A stretch of 60,350 nucleotides of DNA, counting the filler, from Sphacelaria rigidula (Eukaryota), in NCBI GenBank assembly GCA_964200075.2. It is 5 parts of 5 records of this genome, joined end to end, with 100 filler letters (N's around TTAATTAATTAA, not from the genome) between each part and the next. Parts side by side here need not be neighbours in the genome. Positions count along the whole stretch, not along the records: positions 24,185 to 36,173 come from CAXNAA020004267.1; positions 36,274 to 48,262 come from CAXNAA020004268.1; 3 more parts are not named here. One strand, given 5' to 3'. Each line of letters starts with the position of its first letter. Within the stretch, counting starts at the first letter, position 1. This document shows, one piece after another, positions 24,555 to 37,487 of this stretch. Under the pieces are notes generated by a model. That model saw only the letters and a program-made list of their open reading frames with translations, ran no database searches and was not told the DNA's origin. Both the position numbers and the translations under genes were made by a program.

Positions 24555-27500
24555 GTTGTCCTTGGCAGGTGAGGACGGGCGACTGCCGCTGCTCTTTTGG
24601 CTATCTTCTGCCGTCTTCAGCACGAGCTCGTTTCTATAAAAAAAACGATTGTGCGTCTCGGGATCCACGTACTCCATCCATCCACCCAGCGTCCGCAGGT
24701 GTGAGCTGTGGTATGTGAGAAACATGAAATTACACGGCGGTCGCGCGGAAGGACAGTGCAGTCAAATAAAGTTTTCGAGGGACATCCTTGCAAAAATATG
24801 CACCAACACATGTAGTTGACTTCGATCGGTGTACAAAACTATCGCCATCGTTTTGATGTTTTTGATTTTCGTTCCCTTATTCAGGCACTCAAAGGTTCAC
24901 GCCGTAGCACAAATACTTACCGACACATGTACTTGGCTTCGCTCGGTGTACATAATAAGGGTAATTATTTATTGCTATTTTTTTTGTTCCCTCATTCAGG
25001 CACTCAAGGGTTCTCATCTGTTTCCACAAGCGCAACTATTCCAAGATGACAAGTGGCAGCCTTTCGGTCTCGTATTACCGTACAATATCCATGTTGGATG
25101 CGGATATTCGCCTGGAATATCCATCCGATGTCCACCTTCATCTGGGATATCTCAGTCTACCTGGGATATCCATGTAGGATATCAATCTCTTGTCGGGTGT
25201 CCATCTAGATACCCATCTCTTGTCGGGTGTCCATCGAGAATACCCATATCTACGTGGGATGTCCATCAAGGATGCCATATCCATTCAAAGTCAGATCCAT
25301 CTAAGGGATAGCCACATGAGATATCGTGCCTCGAGATGGGGGTCAGGGTTGGGGTTAGGTGTCCGAGGCGAAAAATTAAAACCCAGGTGGGCGTCTATCG
25401 GTGAAATCCCCGGTTTAGATGGACATTATAGCTGTATCGGACATTCCAGACGGACATCCCACGCAAATATCACAGATCGATATACTAGGTGCATCTCAGA
25501 AGCAATGCGATGCTACACGCAACAGCGTGCCTGTAGGCCACGGCTAGCCTTCGTGTGTGCTCGACCTCAATCGCTGCTCGCGCGATGACAGACACTTGTG
25601 GTGTCCATGGGCTACAGCTAAAATGTGCATGGTCGTAAATCATGCGAGGAGGATAAAAGCACAAGGAACAGACGTGGTAGGGTTGTTGCGGGCCCAAACC
25701 CCTCTGTTTCTATCTAGACTCTGTTTCTGTACGTACTGAAGGGAACTATTCCCAATTTCCAAAGCCTCCCACGCAACCGACGCCAACTAGCGATCTGAGA
25801 GGTACACACAACCGCAACACTCGACCATTAACTTGAAGATAAACTTTTCTTGGGAAGAAAATCGAACTCTTAACAAAAAACGGAATTTTCCGTGAGACGA
25901 CGGATTGGGACGCGACGGGATGGCCCGTGCCGAAAAAGTGCGCGTAAATAATCCGAAACAAACGCCTTGGAATTGAAGGTCTTTAGGGGTCGCTTATTTG
26001 ACGCACTTTGGTTTCCAAGAAACAAACAGCAATTTTCACATGAAACAGGCGGCGAGAACGGACTAAGCTCACGATAAGCGCAGCCTCCATAAGCGCAGCC
26101 TGCGACACAGTATCACTCAACCCAGTACCGAAGATATCAAGGCCCCGCACGGAATACACAGAGTTCAAGCACAACAAAATCAAGTAACCAACACCCGACG
26201 TTTACTCCTTGTCTTGAAAGTGACGTTCAATATCCCCAATTCTGTGCTGTACTGTACTGCACTGTCCATGAGCACTGAAAACCAAAACAGGATAGAATTA
26301 TGGTTTGTCCACGCCTTAGAGCAGGCAGGGATTGATTTTACGCTGGGGTTACTTTAGTTTCATGTCGCGAAAGTTCAACTTACCCGCAGAACCCACCATA
26401 TCTCCCAAAGTTTGACGGGGTCTGCCGTGTCGTTCGCGGGATGTTACGCGAAGTACGATGGGACGTTCCGTAAAGCACAACGGGAGGCAGACGCAAACGT
26501 CCCGTGAAGAGGGGACAAGAACGAGTATGAAGAAAAAGGAGTCGGGATGGGCCGGATCATCCAGGACCGGGAATATAATTGGAGGATATTGGGGTGAGAC
26601 GAGACGGGACGTGTGGTCCCCCAAAAGGGATGGGACAGGATGGGACGGGACGGGACGAGACGGGAACGCCACCCCTGAAGATTCGTCGGCACGGGCCGGA
26701 CAAATAACGGATACCGAGACGGGACGGGAAGTATGGTCCTGAGCAAGGGATGGGACGGAACGAGGCGGAGACGGAACGGGACGGAACGAAACAGGACGGA
26801 AACGATACCCCCGGAGATTCGTCGGACGGAATGTCCCATCCCGCCCCGCCACGACAAGTATCCCGCGACATTTATGTCCCGTGCACAAGCCCTGACGTCG
26901 ACGCTTTCGATATGCCCTACTCTACTTCGCTTGTATTATCGCAATGCTGTTTGATACACACCGAGGCTCGATGCTGTACGCAGTATACTTTTTGTATCGC
27001 AGCTATCGATCGTCGAATGTCCAGGGTGTGATGAGTTTACAGACACTACGATGGTTTCGTATAGGATGTGCTCAGCGCAATGAAAGAGTTCATGAGCAGC
27101 GGTAAGGAAGAGAGCAATGAGATGTCACACACAAAGTGCAAACCACCTTACCAGCAATGCAACAAACGAGCACCGGTAATTTCATATTTCAAGGAACAAA
27201 AGCGCAAGGTATGTATCGGAGAAGAGATGTCTTGATCCTTGAAGACCACGGACTCGTCCCGAAGAGGGGGGCGGATTAAAAACGTTGCAATAAGGAAACA
27301 AAATGAATAATACCTGCCGATGGTTATTCATGATATCTCGATTCTCTCCACGGGAACAAGGCCTGGTACAGCCGAAGGACCCCCTAATGGCAAACATTTT
27401 CCCGGCATAACCTTTCGAGACAGCACCACTTTCGGCGCCACTAGCGCCGCGGTCTTGGAGGAAAATCAAGAATGAGCCGACTTCCATCCGGGAGTGACAT

Positions 27501-27820
27501 CCCCTGCAGTCTACGGTACGTCGTGGATGCTTGCTGCGTACTACAGTGTTTTTGTGAGGGATTTTGAGGAGTCGTAAAAGCAAGGACGTGTACATACCGG
27601 GATTCTACGAGTAAGAGCAACAGCTGCGGTAGCAACGCACGATGTACAGTTCCAAGCAACAGCAACCGATGGGCGCAGTCGGGAGAGCTAACCTCGCTTC
27701 TTGGGTGATTCGCCACAGAGCAGGGTCCATGTGGACCGCCTTGTTTATGACCTTTCGGAGCGTTTCCTCTCGGCCGCGCTCCCGCTCTTCCTCGTCTTCC
27801 AGATCCTGCTGCTTCCGCAC
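24555..27820 (-). CDS. WW-domain-containing protein, internal exons (partial)
   Basis: Exon 27820-27693 (VRKQQDLEDEEERERGREETLRKVINKAVHMDPALWRITQEA, ends phase 2) joins in frame to exon 24705-24555 (SHLRTLGGWMEYVDPETHNRFFYRNE, a WW-type W..Y.D...FFY.N motif). Splice sites are canonical. A possible 27-nt micro-exon lies at 26099-26073. Confidence 0.7.
25085..25490. repeat. Repeat element built of GGATATCC/GATGTCCATC palindromic motifs (probable non-autonomous DNA transposon)
   Basis: Dense recurrence of GGATATC and GTCCATC motifs, a direct repeat ATCTCTTGTCGGGTGTCCATC (two copies) and an internal GGGTTGGGGTTAGG. Confidence 0.55.
26430..26885. mobile_element. GACGG/CCCGT-motif non-autonomous element (intronic)
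   Basis: Many GGGACGGGAC-type motifs with inverted orientation at the right end. Same family as 54462-55200. Confidence 0.7.
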
Positions 27821-28183
27821 CTACTGTCCGCACAGATGCACGACATCGTACAGTACAGTGGAGTGAAGCACTGGGTGCCTTACGGTTCAGCAGTGCATCT
27901 GTACAACGGGACTTGATACTGTACAATGCCTTCACGTGCAGAACGTATCTTCGCTGCAGGATCTCGATTTTTCGGCGCAATTGGCATGCAATAACGCCAC
28001 AGCCCAGCGATCGAACTGGCACATTGTAGGATCTTGGGCAGGGTAGCAGGTTCGAGTACCAGCAAATGAACATACATACGTTTTCTCGCTCGGGAGCATG
28101 AGGAGTAGTATATCTTTGAGTCCCGGTTCCAAACCCAAAACGTTCGTTCAAGCACATAAGTGGCACGCCCGAGGGGGGGGGGG

Positions 28184-28252
28184 ACTCGTTTGTTGCTTGC
28201 CTTAGTCGTTTGACCATTGACCACGCATCCCTTTCGAGATGGAACGGAGCAT
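28184..28252 (-). mobile_element. About 70-bp 3' stub of the same LINE, with a 17-bp target-site duplication
   Basis: The reverse complement matches 23930-23997 (GCGTGGTCAATGGTCAAACGACTAAGGCAAGCAAC). It is flanked by CGCCCGA(G)10+ at 28166-28183 and 28253-28269. Confidence 0.85.
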
Positions 28253-28599
28253 CGCCCGAGGGGGGGGGGTTGGGGTACTCTAGATTCAAGCAATCAGGCT
28301 GCCAGACGTGGTCAGACTTCTGAAAATGAAGTTGGTTCACGACTCGAAAGTAGATTCCTTGAGTCGGAGCAAGGATATCGTCTGCTTCGAGATTTCGGTG
28401 CGTGTTGACCGCGAGTCAGAAAGGTCGAGCTGATGTGGTAAAATCAAAGCTTAACACAAATGAATGCCGAGTGTCAGCTTATTCAACTAGATGTTTGCGT
28501 GCGCTGGAACATTCTTGCAGGTCATCAACGGCTTGCAGAGCCATTCATATCACTTATGGGTAATGTGTACTTTCTCCTTTAAGGTCAAAATATTGGGGG

Positions 28600-28760
28600 G
28601 GGGGGGGGTGGTACTCATGATTTTGCATGCCATAGCCATGAGACCATTGACCTTGCATCTCTACAAAGCTGGGACGAAGCACGCCGGGTTTTCGCCGGAC
28701 CAGGCTCGCAAATCAATCGCCAAGCACGAAGCGCCGTGGTGTTCTCATGATCATGCACGC
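28600..28760 (+). repeat. Interspersed repeat, with further copies at 35615-35750 and 36108-36173
   Basis: All three copies share GTACTC..GCATGC..TAG.CAT.A.A.CA..G.CCT.GCATC.CTAC. The first two also share AGCACGCCGGGTTTTCGCCG.ACCAGGCTCGCA. Confidence 0.8.
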
Positions 28761-30779
28761 AACTATCAACCGTCCTCATGTATATCTTGGAATCCGACCC
28801 ACTCAGCGTGGCGGCGAAAGCCGCCGAAACTCTCATACATACATTATATACTTGGAAGTCTATGTATTCTGGCTCTGCTTCATACTTATTTGGGCGAGTG
28901 TGCCTCACATCAATGAAGTACATAAGGGTTTCTCGAAGATGTAGCCGGTGCTCTGAACGCGCTGTGTAGTTCTCGAAGATGAAGCGCGTTTTATGGAATA
29001 ACCACGTATATTCGAAAACAAGTGGGATATCACCAGCGATCATGCAACTATACCGTCACAACTAAGTTGAGCCCGGCTGTACAGATGGGTCGGGTATGCT
29101 TGATAGGTGGCAGACAAAAAATGAGCCAATTTTAACGCTATTAATAGGCGCATCGATCGTATCTACTCAGCAGCAGCCCCCAGAGTGTTGCGATATCGAC
29201 ATGCAGCACACGAACGGTAGAAGGTGGAAACACAGAGTTCGCCATGTGAAACTCGTCCTCACACGTTCGGCTGCATTCGGTTCACTCGGTCGGGCGACAC
29301 TGTTGAGGCATTAAAACGAATCGACATGTTTTCGAGACATCCACGCAACAAAGTGTTTCGCTGCCCCAGCTCCACTACAACCGCAATTTTGTGCGTCAAG
29401 CCTCACCCGTGGTCAAACACGCCATCGAATAACCTCATGGCAACTTCAAAGACAATATCAGCATGTCGAGAAACTCATGTCTGATCGAGAAAAAATAAAA
29501 ACAAAAACAAAGACACAGGCACCATCTGCAGGCCGACACCATGGGGGACTTCCCTGACAGCACCAAGCCGCTTCTCGGTATGCAAATTCTCATGAAACCT
29601 CTATGCATGCAATCTATATAGGCTGGTTTGCGCTCATCACCCCGTATCCACTCATTCACAAATACTCACGCCGACTCTTGGAGTTGGACCCTGAAAAATT
29701 GCGCATATGTACCACGGACACGTTGCGAAACTTCACATGAACGGGGTCTTTCGATCTCTTTGTTCGCCATTTATCCGGAGCCCCAGGGCCCTGGGGTGCC
29801 ACATACTCTTCCGATACCCCCGACAACCGGCGAAAAATCAAGAGGCGGAAGACCCCATCATCGAGGTTGATCAATGCCCCATATTGTATCTGTGCAAAGT
29901 TTGAGAGTCTACCTCCGAAGCTCGGCGTGAATATCTGTGTTTTGTGCGATGAAGTGAGCTTGAAGCATGCAAACCCCTAACTACTTGATTTCAGTTTAAA
30001 ACGTCTTTTTCGAGTATGTCCGAAGGGAATACGAGAAAAGCCGCATCAGATTTTCGAGTTTTGCAACTAAACTGCGTGCATATATTCCTTGGATTACCCC
30101 GAGACGCATGCTTTTATTTCTCTTCACTGTGAAGCATTATGTACCGGCTTCCGGGGGTCTTCACGCTGGGACCTCCGGAAGGTGGTTAACAGCGGAGAAA
30201 AAATTGAAATATTTTCCAACGACACATATTGTCGATTTGGAGCACCAATGCCTACCGAGCTGCCAAGTTTGAGGGTGCCTAGAGCTTTTCTTAAACAGAT
30301 AAGGGGGAAGGTGTCCGGAAGCTTTCTGGGTCTTCGGTGCCCATCATTAGTGCAGAAACGACGCAAAAACCCCACATAACTGAAACAGCATGATTTGGGT
30401 ACCACTCGATGCCATAGTACCTACCGCCTTCAAATCTGTTTTTTGTTTTCCTTAGATTCCCAAGCTGATGATAGTTACCACGATTTGAAGAATGTGGAGA
30501 CTGGGTAAAAATAGGGTTGGGTACTCGTACTTCAAATGCAGAATAATTTGAAGGGCGAGGATCGGTCGAGGTACCTTTTTGCCCTTAGCACCGCCGCTAC
30601 GGCCTTCAACAAAAACCCGGATATGGCATTCTCTTTGTTTGTCCATTCCGATCAACATGATGCCATGTATGCGGATATTGGGTAGATATTGCGGTAGACA
30701 TTCGCTCATGACACCATTTTGGGTGATAAGTTTGAGCCAGCCTGTACATGGCGGGTAGACGTACGCTGCACGGGGAGTA

Positions 30780-32360
30780 ACGTATCGGTCCTGGCCTCTC
30801 AAGATTGCAGGCTCCAAACTGGTGGCTAGCGAACATCAAGATGAACCACATGTCATACAACGCAAGGAAAATCTGCACCAACCAAAATCAAGTCGGGTAA
30901 AGTATACACAAAATAAAACATGACCTGCACGCAGTGTACCCGGGTATCGAACCAGTTATCTCCAACACGTAAACATTTGGATCATAATCATAATCCACTC
31001 TTTCCCATAGAATTGTTGTTACGGCTGCACCTATTTCTTGCTCGGTGATTTACAGTGGTAAATTCACCTCTTCCAAGATATCTCGACGTTGATCCATGAG
31101 CAGCATCTCCTTTAGACTGGAGCCAGAAGAACCATTCGGTCTGCCGCCTTCGAATGCAAACAGTAACTCCACGGCAAGCTTCCCATTTCTGTCCACCTTC
31201 TCTCCGACATGCAATCAAACAGGGGTAAAGTCGTTAGTGTTGTGTCTGGTGGGGTCTATTTTTTCACCGCCTACTTTCTCTAAGGCGGCGATGTCAAAAT
31301 CAACTCGAGGTCTTCGTCATAATTGTTGAGGTCTAGGCAGAGACACACAACAGGTGAGTCGGATAACGGTCTGGCTCGGGGCCCTCCACCCTACACAGGG
31401 CTGGCGTTTCAGGCTCTACTGATACAGTCATCAGCCGTAGACATGGGTAGACTACGCACTGATGGTCAAACGGACCACGGCGATCGACTGTGGAGCATAC
31501 TCATCGATATCTCACACAGGGGAGGAAAGTATGGAGCTGTTCGCGGTATCCTCATGGGCAACTCTCCTCCTGTGTATCTTTGCCACCCCTAAAGCGTGAT
31601 TTGTCATGTCAGGGTAGGCGTGCAGATGGACGTCTCCCTCCGCTCAGACTTTGTCGGTTGCCGTCATGGTCTCAACGGATCGAGTAAATTCTTGCGATAT
31701 GAGACGCGAGTGTGCTACAACCCGACAGCGAGACTCTCGGAGAAGAGTTGTCATGTGGTTCACATCCTGCACAGTACCGCCGCGCCTCGGGGGGTCAAAC
31801 GGATACAGTACGGAATACGGCAAGTTGAGCGGAGTAAAAGTGGTGGGTTCGAATCCCGACAGTCTTGGTTTATCTTACTTGCTCCCGTCGTGGAATGGAT
31901 AAAAACGCGATAACATGAATTAACGGAGGGGGAAAATAATGAGAAATCGGTCGGGTGCGGGTGGAACGATTCGATGCTTTACAATGAATATTACAAGGTA
32001 GGTACCGGGGGAGAAATTGGTAGATAGATCCCATCAGACACTATGCACTTATTATAAGGAAGTGGAGGAGTTGCGAAGGTGAAAATAGAAGAAAAAATCA
32101 GGTGATATTAGAGTCTGGGGAACCATTGCTGCCGAAGATAAGAACAACAAAGATGCGTGGAGTACGATGCGATCCAGCCAACCGCGTGATTGAGGCAAAG
32201 CTTTCAAAGATGCTTATGGTAGGATACAAATACGGCGGCGTATTTTACGTGCTCTGGATCGACAATCACCAGTCCAGGCACCTCGAAATACGCGGTACTC
32301 CGCAGTCGATGCTCCGGCAAGTCAACTGGACATGTCGGTGGCATCATAGTGTATGAATAG
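30780..32360 (+). mobile_element. Possible decayed Copia fragments
   Basis: WWLANI (about 30820), PLDWSQK (about 31110) and IEAKLSKMLMVGYKYGGVFYVLW (about 32190-32260, like the post-integrase motif KL..K.+.VGY....Y.+W). Weak. Confidence 0.3.
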
Positions 32361-33927
32361 TGCGGTACATACGTGATGAAGCGGTCATTTTCCAAGCATC
32401 AACTACATGTACGAGAACGACCATGCGGTAATAACATTTCTGCTTTGCATAGTGTGTATGTGTGTGCTCATGCTAGGGACGTTCACCTGAAAGAGGTTGA
32501 GCTGATGATAAAGCACGAAGACTTTGATGGTTTCCTCGTGCGAGCTCACGCGGTTCTCGATACAGGCCTGATGCAGCGCCGTCCACCCCCTGACGGTTAC
32601 CATGGAGATAGCGTGAAAGGAAAGTCGAACAACTTCAACAGCTGTTTCGGATAGTGGTGCTAGAGCTACCGTCGAAGGTGCACAAACAGATGAAGGATCA
32701 GGGCAGGTGTGAGACGAAAAGAAAGATAGTGGAGCCTTTGCTCGTGCGACGACGGTAGGGTAACCAGCCCGAAAAACATGACCAATCAAAGCGTCGTTGG
32801 ACTGACGAAAAATCGCAGAGCAAATCCTGCGTTCGACCGCTGCGCACATACACAACGCAAAATACTGTCAACAGAGCATTAGTCCGAGGAGGGACGTATG
32901 CATCGCCTTCCAATCGCATCGCGCACTAATATACCGCTATCGTACCACCACCACCGCTAGGGAGAGTAACTGCCGCTCCGGCTGGAACTGCCCTACCTGT
33001 CATCTCGAGAGCCGCACACCGACACCCGAAAAATGTGCCTGAGTATGTCGGACAGGTGCCACGGTTCGGCTACCGAAGGCACAAACGTTGGAGCATGACC
33101 CACATTAAGCTGCCAGAACCCTAGAAGACGGGAATGGGGTGAGGGCGGCAAAAAAACCCCGAGAAACGTCATGAGATCGCTCGTCCAGCTATCCGCCGTG
33201 CGAAGAAATGAATACCGGAAGCATGAATCGAACATGCTGATGGGAGCACCTGCACGCTCATCAGCTAGTCCGGTCGTTGTTCCGGGATGCCACGCGAACG
33301 TAGGGCAAGAGCTATTTTGTTCAAATCTCAAAGCAAATAGATGAGAACGAAGGCATGCGTTCTTGCGCCTTTCCCGGGTAAAAGTGCTATTACTGGATAC
33401 GGTCGACTGCGGATGTGTAGCCAACCTATGCCCCAGAACGTCCAGAAGAGAGCCAGTCGATCCTGGTCGAAACCGACGGTGAGCTAGACTTTTTTTTCAT
33501 TTTGTTGCTTGATTAATTGACTGTTCGATTCATTGATTGGTCGATTCATAAATGTCTAGATCCCCCGATTGACGGACTGAATGGCTGATTGTGGCATATT
33601 GCCTTATTGATCCTCGAAGGGTCAAGCCGTGGTCATTTTCCACAAGGTAGACGTACTCGAGGTGAACAAACCGGAAGCACCCGCTGAAGGAAACTCAGGA
33701 AAGGGGAGAGGGGAAGATAAAGAAGATCGAGAGATAGAGCAACCGGAGTAAGAAACCGAACAAAACCGAGAGACGGCACAAAAACAATGTATCACCGAAA
33801 GTCGTTTCGCGACGGCAATAAGAGCAAATGTTCTGGTGCGTGTCTCGCTGGGGCCACATTACACACAATATGTACATGACGATGTGTCAGTGCGTATGAA
33901 ATGACGTTGTTTTCTACCATTACAGTC

Positions 33928-33958
<31 letters not shown>

Positions 33959-34619
33959 GTTGATCGATTGATTTGATTGTCGCACTTCAACTGAACCCCC
34001 ACGGGTCCAGTCGCGGTCTCATGATAGACGTACGTACTCAACAAAAACAAAACTGAAACACTCGCTTAAGAAAAAATAAGGAACAGAAGAAAAAACAAAA
34101 GGGCGAACAGAACGACATAGTCTAGTCTTATTACGAAAATTGTGTTTTTGTCATCGTCCAGAACAAGAGACGCCACACCTGCCTCGGGGTCCGGATCGAA
34201 CCGGCCGACCACGTAGTCTACCATTTCCTGCGTGGGCTCCTGTAGAAGTGCCCGCTTCGACGGATGCATCTGTTGATAGGCGCATTGCAGTTCGGCCAGG
34301 GGTAGCAATAGAGATGGTGGAGTGGGATGGGGTTGAACATCATCTCTCTCACGGATGACGGTATGCGCTCAAGAAATCTGTGCGAGTACGAACACAACGG
34401 TTGTCGCGCAATACTCCAAAGTGTCGGTGCTATACGGTGGGTGAACGATCACGTCGATCTCGATCGGCAAATACGGAGCGGTACCATCGATCGGTCAAGA
34501 AGGCAACCACGCCAGATTCACACCGAGTGCTATTACCCTCAACGTTTCAGCTGCCGCTTGGTCCATACCACAAGTATGCACGCATATTATATAACGATGC
34601 TGTGAAGGAGTTTTAGGGC

Positions 34620-34905
34620 ATCTGCACAGCAAAAATTCGACTTGACGGTCGACAAGGGAAAGGGACTGCTGAACCCCTCTCACGATAAAAACAAAAGTCA
34701 AGCACCGCAGAAGGAAGGTGGGGGACTAAAAAAAAAGAAAAAGAAAAAGCCCCTGTGTCGACCTTCCTCCTGTGTGACCCCGGCGGAAGCGCCGACATAC
34801 CCCGCGAAGAGTAGAGGGGCGNNNNNNNNNNGACCCCGGCTGATGCGCCCACATATCCCGAAAGGGGTAGACTGGCGCCCAGAATAAATGGGACGACAAC
34901 ACAGC
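34620..34905 (+). mobile_element. SINE body copy (head missing)
   Basis: Reverse complement of the 5085-5340 sequence (CGGTCGAC.AGGGAAAGGGACTGCTGAACCCCTCTC; GACCCCGGCTGATGCGCCC). Contains a 10-N gap. Confidence 0.8.
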
Positions 34906-35067
34906 AAAGTCGTGAGCACTGTTCGTACATCATAAGGCATGGCTCAACATTGACAATCGTCTTCCGTTTTTTCCCCCGTTCCGTCGTGCTTTTTAATTTC
35001 AAGACCACCCCTTCCTCTCGACGAGCCCGTAGTCTCCAGGGATCAACCCATCTCTCCCCAGGCCATT

Positions 35068-35345
35068 GTGTGTGTGTGTGTTGTCGTTCCATTTATTCTG
35101 AACGCCTTTAACGGTATATGTGGGCGCACCAGCCGGGGTCACACAGGAGGAAGATCAACACAGGAGCTTTTTCTTTTTTATTTGTTTTTAGTACCCCGCC
35201 TTCCTTTTGGGGTGCTTGCTTTTATATATATATTTTCAATCGCGAGAGGGGTTCAGCAGTCCCTTTCCCTCGTCGACCGTTGAGTCGAATTTTGTGTACC
35301 CACGACATGGTCGCTCTCCACTTTTGGGCATGGTGTGAGAAAAAA
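35068..35345 (-). mobile_element. SINE body copy with (CA)n tail
   Basis: Same orientation and sequence as 5085-5350 (CAGCCGGGGTC.CACAGGAG; ATCGCGAGAGGGG.TCAGC.GTCCCTTTCC.TCGTCGACCGT). Begins with (TG)n on the + strand. Confidence 0.85.
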
Positions 35346-36173
35346 TCTCGCTGAAAGGAAAAAATGCGCACAATGGTCAACCCAATTATTTTCGAGGTCG
35401 TTATTCATGCTAGAAAACGTTTCAACCTGACTCCCCAGTCGGTTCTGTATCCATCCATCCACTCGGAGCTCCCACACGCGTGTGCCACCATGACTAACAT
35501 GCCATTACCTTCTCGTAACGGCAACGATTATTCGAGGGTCCGTCGCTGACGACGGATGATTGGATGCGCTTCACTTTGTGGCAGCTAGTAGGATCAACCG
35601 GGGGCAGGTGGAGATGGGGAGTGTACTCGTATTCCTGCATGCTGTAGTCATGAGACCAATGGCCTCGCATCCCTACAATAGCCGGTGTGGAGCACGCCGG
35701 GTTTTCGCCGAACCAGGCTCGCAGTCGATCACCAAGCGCGAGGCACCGTGATGTGTTCGACGAGTCGCATGAAGGGTGAACTGCATCCTATCAAGATTGT
35801 TCGGTCCGAAGCTCTGGGAAATGCATATGTATGTATCACAGCCTCGAAAGACTTGCTCCATTTTCTGGTATCGCCACTTCCAGAGACAAGCCACGAGTTA
35901 CATTGCCGTATGGGAAACTCGCCATTTAAACGCTGCAGTACGATCATCACCTTTGCACGGAGTTTGGGTAAGATGGTCTACCTCAACCACCATTATGGTT
36001 ACCACAAAAAAACGCAAGCGAAAACAAAACAAAACGGTAACCTGGTTAGCTAGCTTACGTAGTGAGAGGCGTGTTTGACAGCGTTGTTACCAACCAACGC
36101 CAACCCTCAGGGGGTGTACTCATGATCATGCATGCCATAGTCATAAAATCATAGACCTCGCATCCCTACGAAG

Positions 36174-36273
36174 NNNNNNNNNNNNNNNNNNNNNNNNNNN
36201 NNNNNNNNNNNNNNNNNTTAATTAATTAANNNNNNNNNNNNNNNNNNNNNNNNNNNNNNNNNNNNNNNNNNNN
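36174..36273. other. Artificial assembly linker
   Basis: Same 100-nt N/TTAATTAATTAA/N spacer. Confidence 0.98.
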
Positions 36274-36334
36274 GGGGAAAGCACTGTTTTAGGCTTGAAC
36301 CTCATCTCGGAGTTTAACGTCAATTCGCACAATT

Positions 36335-37487
36335 TGTTGTTATCCGGTGATGATGGCGATGGTCCGACTGTCAGGATCTTGAATGGTCCTATCCAATTGA
36401 GGGACAATTTTGTCTTCAAAATTGTTTCGTTGGCTGCCTTGCTGGTGCCTTGGCGGATGGTCGACAAACTGTTGTAGATCTAAACCCAATCACCAACTTT
36501 CCAGTTAGGGCGTTTGTGCATGAGGTTGTAGAGAGCAGTGTTAGATCTCTCTAGGCGTGAGGCGTTGATAGCGTGTTATTCGCGCACAAGGGTAAACGCT
36601 TTGCGTTGTCGTGCATGCGCTAGCTCGTGATGGGATATCTGATCCTGATCCAATCCTTGGTGGCCGTCGAACGTGTGGTGCTCAAACATGGTGATGAGCA
36701 GCCGAGGGTAACGTCCGAGATGGAGTTCGTTCGGAGAAAGGCCTGTGGTGGCGTTAACCGAGTTGTTGTAGGACAACATGATATGCGAGAGATGTAGGTC
36801 CCAGTCATTTGGCGGTCATTGACAACCATAGAGAGCATTTGAGCCATGGTGTGATTATCTCTTTTGGTACCACCGTCACCGTTCGGGTGGTAGACGCTCG
36901 TGGCAATTTTGCGGATGCCCAGGAGCTTGTTAAGCTCATCAGAGAGATCTGAGCAAAATTGCTGACCATTGTCTGAAAGGAGTCACTTTGGGCAACTGTA
37001 GTGCTTAATGTAATCGTGGACTAATATGTCGGCCGTTCTGGCGGCAGTGAAATTTGCGGCGGTTACCGCGTACATGGACGCGTGGCGACTGAAGCGGTCA
37101 GTGAAGAGTAACATGTAGGTGTTGCCGCGACCTGTGGTCGGTAGAGGGCCAAAGTAGTCAAAGGACACAAGGTGGCCGGGTTCGTCGGGGAGTCCCATAT
37201 AGATGACGGGCTAGCGTACTGTCTGTCGTGAACGTTTTCGGGCTTGGCATTCGAAGCATCGCCAAATCCAGAAGCGGGTGGAAATTTTCAACACACCAGT
37301 AGAAGCGTTCCAAGAGCGCTAGGGTGCGGGTGACGCCAAGGTGACATGACAAGTCTGTGTGGCAGCCTTTCCTGACCCAGGGGCACATTAATAATGGGAC
37401 ACATATGCGCGTTTGTGATGAAGCTTGGAGACAGTACGATATCACGATGTGCGGGTCTGCTCGTAGACCCTGGATCCCGTGACGCGT
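36335..37487 (-). mobile_element. Inverted, decayed Ty3/Gypsy integrase fragment
   Basis: KGCHTDLSCHLGVTRTLALLERFYW, VSFDYFGPLP..LFTDRFSRHASMYAV, MLSYNNSVNATTGLSPNELHLGRYPRL and LKTKLSLNWIGPFKIL are collinear with the + strand integrase at 45100-46140, with many synonymous differences. Confidence 0.95.

Noticed and set aside
27441..28340. 299-aa minus-strand ORF
   Set aside because: It runs through a LINE stub, intron sequence and an alternative frame of the WW-gene exon, so it is a chance ORF.
31760..31870. tRNA-like box B GGTTCGAATCCC
   Set aside because: No matching box A, D-arm or acceptor stem was found.
32993..34380. Further minus-strand exons (about 34268-34178, 33683-33657 and 33120-33028) of the WW gene
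   Set aside because: The splice sites are plausible, but I could not join them in a consistent, recognisable frame, so they are left uncalled.
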